Assembly: GCA_013265495.1 (NCBI GenBank)
Contig: MU057743.1
Span: 82,590 to 102,589 of the forward strand
DNA length: 20,000 nucleotides
Direction: 5' to 3'
DNA from: Vicugna vicugna
Lineage: Eukaryota
In this document: piece after piece, positions 11,895 through 20,000 of the stretch
Position numbering within the stretch: position 1 is the stretch's first letter
How the letters are laid out: the number at the start of each line of letters is the position of its first letter
Notes under the pieces: model-generated
Told to the model about the DNA's origin: nothing
Database searches by the model: none
What the model saw: the letters and a program-made list of their open reading frames with translations, nothing else
Translations under genes and position numbers: made by a program

Positions 11895-12271
11895 GATGCT
11901 GCGGTGATGGCACTGCACAAAAGAAGATATAAAATAGCTATCAGGATTCTATGGCCTATGTTCCAGTCAGGTGGGGCGGCACTAGCTAGCCCCACTGCTA
12001 GTACGCAGACTGGTATAGAAAACAAGGAAAGAGGCAAGGGAGCACAAAAAAATACATTTAACAGCTGCGTTGAGCTTTCCTCAAGCTTCAGCCGTGCGTT
12101 GACTAGCCAGCTTCCGGGTGTGGCTAGAGCAGGGCTCGTCGATCCTTTTCTGGTCCCTCTTGATCTTGATCTTGAGCGGGTCTCCCGGGACACTCTCAAT
12201 TTTCCAGGCACCCTCTGTCTGAGGTGCAGTCGCTCTCTTGACCCTGGAGTGGTGGATCCAAGGGATGATTC
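11882..12271 (-). CDS. Candidate accessory ORF/exon: Arg-Ser-rich part overlapping the IN tail, followed by two hydrophobic segments in the pol-env gap
   Basis: 129 sense codons from ttgcag|GAA to a TAA just inside env. No in-frame ATG. Confidence 0.4.
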   Translation of the reverse strand, partial: ESSLGSTTPGSRERLHLRQRVPGKLRVSRETRSRSRSRGTRKGSTSPALATPGSWLVNARLKLEESSTQLLNVFFCAPLPLSLFSIPVCVLAVGLASAAPPDWNIGHRILIAILYLLLCSAITAASCLR

Positions 12272-13820
12272 CTGCAACTTTAACAGCTGTAGGAGTAGTT
12301 AATACCACTAAATATGGTCCCTTCCATGTTGGTTTGAGAGGTTCCTTTTTCCAATCCTTCACCCATACCTGGTCACCTGGTTTATGGGGATGCACTTGAA
12401 CCCCTAATGAAATGGGGGTTTTCTCTATCACCCAACCCCAAAATTCTCGTAGTACTTTTCCTAGTTCCAACAGTTTTTGGTGGATCCCTAAATTTCCTAT
12501 TTCTGGGGTGGGATTTCTCATCCTGACTAAAGGTGGTGGTCGCCCATAGAGGATTTCATAGGGAGAGTACCCAATATTAAATCTTGGGGTGCATCTAATT
12601 CGCAACAGAGCCAGGGTAGAATGTCCACCCAGGGGAGTTGGGTTTCTTGGCTGATTTTAGCTATAATTTGTTTTAGAGTTCTGTTCATTTGTTCCACCTT
12701 CCCTGAGCTTCGAGGCCAGTATGCTGTGTGCAGGTTTCAGCGGATGCTCAGTGCCTTTGCCACTTGCTGTACAATTTCTGACACAAAGGCATGTCCATTG
12801 TCAGACCCGATGGAGGTAGGCACTCCAAATCGAGGGATAACATCCCTGAGAAGAGCCTTTGTCACTTCCCTTGCTTTCTCTGTCCTGGTGGGGTAGGCCT
12901 CTACCCACCCTGTGAAGGTGCAGACGAAAACCAGCAGGTACTTATATCCCTTACTGGGCCCAAGTTCAGTAAAGTCCACTTCTAAATCTTCAAAGGGAGC
13001 CAATCCACATCGTTGTATTCCCATTGGCCCAGTGAGCCCTTGTTTTGGATTGTTTTGTGCACAGAGCAAGCAGCGTTGGGAAACTGATGCACATAGAGTA
13101 GGGAGACGAGAAATTAGGAAATATCGCTTTAAGAGGGCCTCCAAAGCCGTTTTTCCCATATGTGTGGCTTCGTGTTGTTGTTGGACTAAATGATAAGCTA
13201 GTCGTTCTGGGGTGAAAACCCTTCCATCCATCATGATCCACCATCCGTCCTTTCCTTTCTCCCCTCGTTCAGCCTGTGCCCACTTGTTTTCTTCGTGACT
13301 ATATTCTGGAGCAGTGGGTAGCTCTGGCGCTGCCATAACTTTAATTGCTGAGTGTTCCCAGGCGGCTGCTTCTCTTGCCTTTTTATCAGCTAGCCTGTTC
13401 CCCTGGCTCACAGGGTCATTTCCTCTTTGGTGTCCCTTACAGTGAAAAACAGCCACTTCCTTTGGATCCCATACTGTCTCCAGTAACTGTAAAATTTCTT
13501 CTTTGTTTTTGATTTCTTTTCCCCTGCAGTCAAAAGTCCTCTCTCCTTATAGATGGCTCCATGTACATGCAAGTTTGCAAATGCATATTTGGAATCAGTG
13601 TATATATTGATTTGCTTTTCTTTCCCTTCCCTTAGTGCCTGGAACAGTGCCCAGATCTCTGCTCGCTGAGCAGACCATCCTGGGGGAAGGGACACTACCT
13701 TTATTACCTCTCGGGTTGTAGTTACAGCATAACCTGCACGCCGTTGTCCAACTTGCATGTAACACCTGCCGTCTCTGAAAAGTTCCAGGTCTGGGTTTTG
13801 CAGGGGCTTGTCGGTTAGAT
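12081..13820 (-). pseudogene. pol: pol 3' part of the outer provirus: RNase H and integrase
   Basis: SAQRAE, NIYTDSKYAF, HHCC (HEATH...CLLC), VDFTE, GSDNG, GKVEQMNR, WKGPY. Frameshifts near 13520 and 12613; stop at 12737. Confidence 0.96.
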
Positions 13821-14354
13821 TGTGAATGAAAAGCCCAGGTGGACTAACATGCTAACTCACAAATCTATGTGTAACAAGTGTCGGATTACCGATCTGAGTT
13901 CTGCTGGGCTAACTTGTAAACCTGAGTTAATTATTGTTGGTTTGCTGATTCCCTGTTCATGTTTTATTTTTTCCTAGCCAGCTGGATGTTCACAGAGAAA
14001 TATCTGGCCTTGAAATGTTGGTTTGCTGCCTCCCTGCCTCTACTTTGGTGATAATGATGTTGCTAAAGCTGTTCATGCCTATTGGCCAAATACCCTAAGC
14101 TTGTAATTAACCCTATAAAACCTCATTGCACACGTCTTGGAGGTGCTCAGAGCTTCGGAGCAGAAGCACCTCTGAGCCCGCCAGCACAAATACCCTGAGC
14201 TTGTAATTAACTATATAAAACCTCATGCACATGTCTTGGAGGTGCTCAGAGCTTCGGCGCAGAAGCCCCTCTGAGCCCGCCAGCGTAATAAATCTGAGTA
14301 ATCCAACCCTCCGAGTAGTGCTTGTTTCTAGGCTGTCCTGTCATTTCCATAACA
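13821..14354 (+). repeat. 5' LTR of the inner provirus (534 bp, including a 100-bp tandem duplication)
   Basis: TG...CA termini, TATA boxes at 14114 and 14212, AATAAA 14287-14292, followed by a PBS. Confidence 0.95.
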
Positions 14355-14358
14355 TTTC

Positions 14359-14376
14359 TGGAGGCCCCAGCGAGAT
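14359..14376 (+). promoter_or_regulatory. Primer binding site, tRNA-Thr
   Basis: TGGAGGCCCCAGCGAGAT is complementary to the tRNA-Thr 3' end (ATCTCGCTGGGGCCTCCA). It lies 4 nt after the LTR. Confidence 0.85.
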
Positions 14377-14580
14377 ACTACCATGCCGAATTTTGAGCCG
14401 CTGGACTGGTGGCTCCGGCCGACCGGGGGACGGATCTCAGGCAGCGAACGGAGGTGGCGCAGACCGACGGTATTCAGGGTTCGCTTTCGTGAAGGCAACT
14501 CGGCCCCCCGGTTGGCTGGGCTACAACCAGAGCCAGACTCCGTGGAGGGACGGACAGACTCACCAGGTGCCCGTCTGGAC

Positions 14581-14589
14581 AAGGTAGGA
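14581..14589 (+). promoter_or_regulatory. Putative major splice donor
   Basis: AAG|GTAGGA about 200 nt after the PBS, a typical position. Confidence 0.55.
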
Positions 14590-14599
14590 TCCCCTGGGA

Positions 14600-14749
14600 G
14601 GAATCAGGTCCTGTCCCATTGGACAGAAGAGGAGGCTGATCCCCTCCTACAGGCTCTCCGTCTGATGGTATTTCAGACGGGGAAATCAGGAATCAGGTCA
14701 GGAATCATGTCCCAGTGGACAGAAGAGGAGGCTGATCCACTCCTACAGG
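14600..14749 (+). repeat. Direct repeat of ~45-50 bp in the leader
   Basis: tgtccca(t/g)tggacagaagaggaggctgatcc(c/a)ctcctacagg at 14612-14653 and 14708-14749. Confidence 0.9.
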
Positions 14750-15629
14750 AAACAGGATATTGGAATTGGTGGGAGGACTGTTGTTAACCTGTGTGTGTGC
14801 GTGTGTGAGGGAATGAGAGGCCTGTGAATCATGCGATCAGGCTCGAGTTTGTAGCTCCATGGCATTCTTCTACGGAGTTCGAGAGAGTCCCAACCTGCGG
14901 TTCCGTGGTGACCTCATATGGCTCAGGGAGCTATCGGTCCCTCAGGGTCCCCATCGGGGTCAGCGGCTTATACTGACCCGCCAAAGCTAAGAGGCACCTT
15001 CGTCCCCGCGAGGAGAGCGGCCAGGAGGACGCAACGTAAACCCACCCTTGTCTTGTCTGCGACACCCGCACAGGGTGGCTACACTGGGAGGGAGAAGGAT
15101 ATAGACAGCCAATGAGTCAACGCCCCGGTGCCCTCGGAGGCTAGGATGCTATTTCTTTGAGAAAGTCTCCTACCTGTCCCTGTCACAGAACACCCAAGTC
15201 TTAGTGTTCCCCTACTGAACTGAACCAAGTCGTGCCCCTTTTGCCTAGCATCAGACCATCAGGATTCAAGTTAAGAAGACGAATTCCTTTAGGACCGGGC
15301 TTGCCCGGCCCTGAAGGTCCCTTTTCTAGTCCATTTGTTTTACCATCTGCCGACAGGCAAACGCCCCTGATACGTTAGTTCAGAATGTAGAGAGGATTTA
15401 ATGAAGAAAGTCCCTGAAACTGCTTGAGGCCTTGAGATCCAGAGACATTAGCTGTGACTGGAATCCAGAGTCCCTGAACAAGTTAGCCTAAAAACAAATC
15501 ATAGACCCAGCAAGAGAGCAGTCTCTCTGGGAACTCCGGTGTTTTGAAGAGTGAAGAAGAAAAAGATATAAAGGCTACCTTCCCAAACATCTAAAGCAAA
15601 AGAACTATTATCCTTAAACATCTAAAAGA

Positions 15630-17200
15630 CTGGGAGGCCCTAAGTGAAAACCCACCACTCTAGACTGCATGATAAAGAATTTCAAAACGGGGTTCTCGGG
15701 AGACTGTGGAATTCGAATGACCCCTGGCAGGCTCCGCACTTTGTGTGAGCTTGAATGGACTGCCTTTGGAGTCGGGTGGCCCTCAGGAGGAACTCTGGAC
15801 CTAGCAACAGTGCAAGCAGTTTATCAAATAATCACTGGAACCCCAGGACACCCAGATCAATTCCCTTGCATTGACTCCTGGCTGAATATCGCCCACAATC
15901 TACCCCCATGGTTTCGGTTTTGCTAAAATGGACCTGGACAATGCAAGATATTAGCAGCTCAGCCGGTGCAGACCAAAAAGACAGACAGAAAGAAGCCGAT
16001 TTTCTAGGGAGATGCAGAAGACGAGATGTGCCTGCCCCCTCCATATGCCCCCAAGGCACAAACACCTCCAGTCCCATTGGAGAACCACCACCCTCTGTGT
16101 CACCACCTCCCCAAACTGAGGACCCAGAGGCAGAGCCCAGCCCCCAGCCTGAGCCGGTAGGGAGGAGACTCCGCTCAGCACAAGCCGAGAAGCCAGCACC
16201 ACCGGCCCTCCAAATGCAGCTGCCGGAGACACAAGGGCCGCAGCAAGTTGGGGAAGACGGGACTGTTCAGCCCGGGCACCCCGTACACTACTACCAACCT
16301 TTTAGCACCACAGACCTTCTCAATTGGCGCCATCACACTCCTTCCTACTCTGAAAAGCCGCAGGCTATGATTGACCTCATAGAGTCTATCTTCCATTCTC
16401 ACCGGCCCACCTGGGAAGATGTCCGCCAGCTGCTTCTGACTCTTTTCAATACAGAGGAAAGGAGACGCATTCTCACTGAAGCACGAAAATGGCTGCAGGG
16501 CCCAGCACCTGGGGACACAATGGATGTTGAACTGTGGGCCATGACACGTGCCCCTGACACCAGACCACATTGGGACTTTAATACCCAAGAAGGAAGAGAA
16601 GCACTACGTGAAAACTGGGAGGCCATCCTACAAGGGCTAAAAGCAGGAGCCAAGAAGCCAACTAACATGTCTAAAGCGACCACGGTGACCCAGAGGCCAG
16701 ACGAAACCCCCACTGACTTCTATGAGAGACTATGTGAAGCATTCCAGGTCTACACTCCTTTTGATCCTGAGGCCCAAGAAAACCAACGGATGGTCAACGC
16801 TGCCTTCGTAGCCCAATCATACCCAGATATACGCCGGAAACTCCAAAAACTGGATGGATTCGCAGGGATGAACACTACACAGCTGCTGGAAGTAGCAAAC
16901 AAAGTTTTTGTAAACCGAGAACGGGAATCCCAACCAGAAGCAGACCAGCGAATGAAGCAGAAAGCCGCGCTCCTTGCAGCAGCCCTGGGGAAAGCAAGCT
17001 TCAGCCAGAATCCTGCACCACTTCGGAACAGGGGACCCCAACCAAGGATGCCTCTGGGCCGAGACCAGTGTGCATACTGCCGGGAGACAGGGCACTGGAA
17101 GAACGAGTGCCCAAACAGAAAGGATAGAAAGAGAGCACTCCCTAAAAGGCCTACTTATCAGCTGGAGCCACCAGCCAGTAATCACATCGGACTGGCTGGG
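15630..17200 (+). pseudogene. gag: gag of the inner provirus (MA disrupted; CA-NC open up to the gap)
   Basis: Start codon position reads CTG-GGA. MA motif LCELEWTAFGVGWPSGGTLD, PPPY late domain at 16035-16046, YYQPFSTTDLLNW, MHR VTQRPDETPTDFYERL, single Zn knuckle CAYCRETGHWKNEC. Stops in MA and a frameshift after PPPY. Confidence 0.95.
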
Positions 17201-17794
17201 NNNNNNNNNNNNNNNNNNNNNNNNNNNNNNNNNNNNNNNNNNNNNNNNNNNNNNNNNNNNNNNNNNNNNNNNNNNNNNNNNNNNNNNNNNNNNNNNNNNN
17301 NNNNNNNNNNNNNNNNNNNNNNNNNNNNNNNNNNNNNNNNNNNNNNNNNNNNNNNNNNNNNNNNNNNNNNNNNNNNNNNNNNNNNNNNNNNNNNNNNNNN
17401 NNNNNNNNNNNNNNNNNNNNNNNNNNNNNNNNNNNNNNNNNNNNNNNNNNNNNNNNNNNNNNNNNNNNNNNNNNNNNNNNNNNNNNNNNNNNNNNNNNNN
17501 NNNNNNNNNNNNNNNNNNNNNNNNNNNNNNNNNNNNNNNNNNNNNNNNNNNNNNNNNNNNNNNNNNNNNNNNNNNNNNNNNNNNNNNNNNNNNNNNNNNN
17601 NNNNNNNNNNNNNNNNNNNNNNNNNNNNNNNNNNNNNNNNNNNNNNNNNNNNNNNNNNNNNNNNNNNNNNNNNNNNNNNNNNNNNNNNNNNNNNNNNNNN
17701 NNNNNNNNNNNNNNNNNNNNNNNNNNNNNNNNNNNNNNNNNNNNNNNNNNNNNNNNNNNNNNNNNNNNNNNNNNNNNNNNNNNNNNNNNNNNNN
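17201..17794. other. Assembly gap (594 N)
   Basis: Run of N. Expected to contain the gag stop, protease and RT N-terminus. Confidence 1.
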
Positions 17795-17960
17795 GAACTC
17801 GAGCCCTCCTAGGGTTACTCCAAACAACTGGGTACAAGGTCTCGTGGAAAAAGGCCCAGATCTGCATAAAGACAGTCAAATACTTGGGATTTATTATCTC
17901 AGAGGGACACCGAGCCCTAGGACCAGAACGAAAGCAAGTTATCTGCACCATACCCATACC
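17795..17960 (+). pseudogene. pol: RT fragment of the inner provirus
   Basis: [34 protein letters not shown]; inverted copy of 19316-19481. Confidence 0.9.
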
Positions 17961-18259
17961 GAGTGGAGAAAAGAAAACATATTTTAGATAAGAGCCCATG
18001 GACAGGACCCTGGGGCTTGACCTCCTGGCTGGCACCGTTCATAGGTCCCTAACTCCTGATTTTTGTAGTTCTGCTGTTTAGGCCCTGTGTCCTAAAATTC
18101 CTGAACCACTTTGTCAGTGAGCAGATAGAGACTGTAAAACTTCAGAAGTTAAAATCCAATTATGAGCCCCTGCAACAGGTAAATGATGATGCTTACTCCA
18201 AAAAGGATTGTGAAAGCATCAAGAGGGGGGAATGTGAAGGAAAAGCCCAGCTGGGCTAA
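17958..18259 (+). pseudogene. env: env TM/cytoplasmic-tail remnant of the inner provirus, including PPT 18221-18232
   Basis: Homologous to 10341-10642 (inverted): TSWLAPFIGP...NYEPLQQVNDDAYS. Confidence 0.9.
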
Positions 18260-18665
18260 CAAGCTAACTCACAAATCTAAGTGCAACAAGTGTCGGATTA
18301 CTGATCTGAGTTCTGCTGGGCTAACTTGTAATTCTGAGTTAATTATTGTTGGTTTGCTGATTCCCTGTTCATGTTTCTTTTTGCTAGCCAGCTGGATGTT
18401 CAAAGAGAAATATCTGGCCTTGAAATGTTGGTTTGCTGCCTCCCTGCCTCTACTTTTGTGATAATGATGTTGCTAAAGCTGTTCCATGCCTATTGGCCAA
18501 ATACCCCAAGCTTGTATTAAACCCTATAAAACCTCATGCACACGTCTTGGAGGTGCTCAGAGCTTCGGAGCAGAAGCCCCTCTGAGACTGCTGGGGTAAT
18601 AAATCTGAATACTCCAACCCTCCGAGTGGTGCTTGTTTCTTGGCTGGCCTGTCATTTCCATAACA
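18233..18665 (+). repeat. 3' LTR of the inner provirus (433 bp)
   Basis: Follows the PPT aagaggggggaa. TG...CA termini, TATAAAA 18525, AATAAA 18598. Confidence 0.95.
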
Positions 18666-20000
18666 AGGTCAGGCCTGCTTGTATACACCTCTTCAATGAT
18701 TCCTTCGCAGTTGTGGTCAGTCTGCCCTTCCCCCTCAGGCAAATGTGTGTCTGGGTTTAAGGTTTGCACAGTCTCTAGACGGATTCTTGGATTTTCACAT
18801 AGAAGCCACTGGTAGTGAGTCATCCTTGTGTTAGTTATCCCTTTGTAACCTGGGCCATTCATCAGGGCCACCACAGAATTGGGCACTTTTGCATATAAAT
18901 TCTGTCCCAGTGTGAGTTTGTCTGCCTCATTGACCAGGAGGGCTGTGGCATCCAGGGCCCATAAACAGGGTGGCCATCCTGATGCTACAGGGTCCAGTCT
19001 TTTAGATAAATAGGCCACAGGGCGCTGCCATGGCCCCACATTCTGAGTTAGGACTCCAAGAGCAGTTTGGTCTCTTTCATGTACAAACAAATTAAACTCT
19101 CGTGTTTCATCTGGTAAGTCTAGTGGTGGGGATAGAGTTAGTAGTTTCTTTAATTGATTGCCTAAAGTTCTTGTTTAGTTTCCCATTTGAGGGTTTCTTT
19201 TCCTGATCCAGCAGTTGCTTCGTAGAGGGGCTTGGCTGTTCTTGAAAACCCGGGGATCCAGATCCCTCAAAACCCAGCTGCGACCAGGAACCCTCGCAGT
19301 TTTCTTTTTGTTTCTGGTGTGGGTATGGCGTAAATAACTTGCTTTCGTTCTGGTCCTAGGGCTCGGTGTCCCTCTGAGATAATAAATCCCAAGTATTTGA
19401 CTGTCTTTATGCAGATCTGGGCCTTTTTCCACGAGACCTTGTACCCAGTTGTTTGGAGTAACCCTAGGAGGGCTCGAGTTCTTTCCAACAGTCCTCTTCA
19501 CTGGGGCTGGCTAACAGCAAGTCATCCACATACTGGAGCAGAGTACAGTTTAATGTTTTCCTAGGGAATTTTACAAGGTCTGCGGCTAGTGCCTCTCCGA
19601 ACAAGGTGGGCGAGTTTTAAAGCCTTGGGGGAGACGTGTCCATGTCAGTTGAGTTTTTCCTCCTGTGTGGGGATCCTCCCATTCAAATGCGAATATGGGC
19701 TGGCTCACAGGTGAGAGTGGAAGACAGAAGAAAGCATCTTTAAGGTCTAGGCATGTAAACCATTTGGCATCTGCCGGAATGAGGCCCAGAAGAGCGTATG
19801 GATTTGGCACTGCTGGATGTATTATAGTGACTACTTCATTTACTTTTCCTAAGTCCTGCACTGGCCTATAATCTGTTCCTTCTGCTTTCTTCACTGGGAG
19901 CAACGGTGTGTTCCAAGGAGATCTACACTCAGTTAGGATTCCCTCTTGTCTGAGACGCTGTATATGCTTCTGGATTTCTAGGTGGGCCTCTCGAGGCATG
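18666..20000 (-). pseudogene. pol: pol 5' part of the outer provirus: reverse transcriptase and connection domain
   Basis: [41 protein letters not shown] (19521-19532), RPVAYLSKRLDPVASGWP. Frameshifts near 19618, 19495 and 19170. Confidence 0.97.

Larger units (their letters stand above)
13821..18665 (+). mobile_element. Inner (nested) provirus of the same family, internally deleted, antisense to its host element
   Basis: LTR, PBS, leader, gag, [N gap], RT fragment, env tail, PPT, LTR. Flanked by agat (13817-13820) and aggt (18666-18669). Confidence 0.93.
9937..20000 (-). mobile_element. Outer gamma-type ERV provirus (pol-env-3'LTR); 5' part beyond the window; interrupted by a nested provirus
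   Basis: Collinear RT, RNase H, IN, env, PPT and LTR on the minus strand. Flank ccag (9933-9936) is the predicted TSD. Confidence 0.97.

Noticed and set aside
15908..18035. 634-, 336-, 337- and 294-aa ORFs
   Set aside because: Lengths are inflated by reading through the N gap.
18183..18461. U3 ORF MMMLTP... (also 10085-10417) as a sag/nef-like gene
   Set aside because: Frames diverge after the poly-T tract in the two copies, and similarity is explained by LTR identity.
13821..18665. Simple inversion of part of one provirus
   Set aside because: It has its own two LTRs, PBS and TSD, duplicates RT and env sequence, and its removal restores pol.

Overview
Mammalian genomic DNA, probably camelid (a tRNA-derived SINE at 7094-7210 resembles the tylopod vic-1 family). 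Bases 1-9936 contain no recognisable host gene. They hold about 2.2 copies of a ~243-bp satellite-like repeat, MER58, L2, MIR and MLT-like relics, and a SINE. Bases 9937-20000 hold two gamma-type (class I) endogenous retroviruses of one family, nested in opposite orientations. The outer provirus is on the minus strand (RT/RNase H/IN, a HERV-W/syncytin-1-like env, PPT, 3' LTR) and runs off the right edge. It is split at the RT-connection/RNase H boundary by a plus-strand inner provirus (13821-18665; 4-bp TSD AGAT/AGGT, PBS-Thr, long leader, gag, N gap, ~3.8-kb pol-env deletion). The most interesting signals are candidate accessory genes, which simple gammaretroviruses are not expected to have. 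One is a two-TM ORF between pol and env that can be joined in phase 0 to an ATG-initiated leader exon. Another is a decayed pre-gag frame whose stops fit a G-to-A editing pattern. The env also truncates exactly at the ASCT receptor-binding motif.
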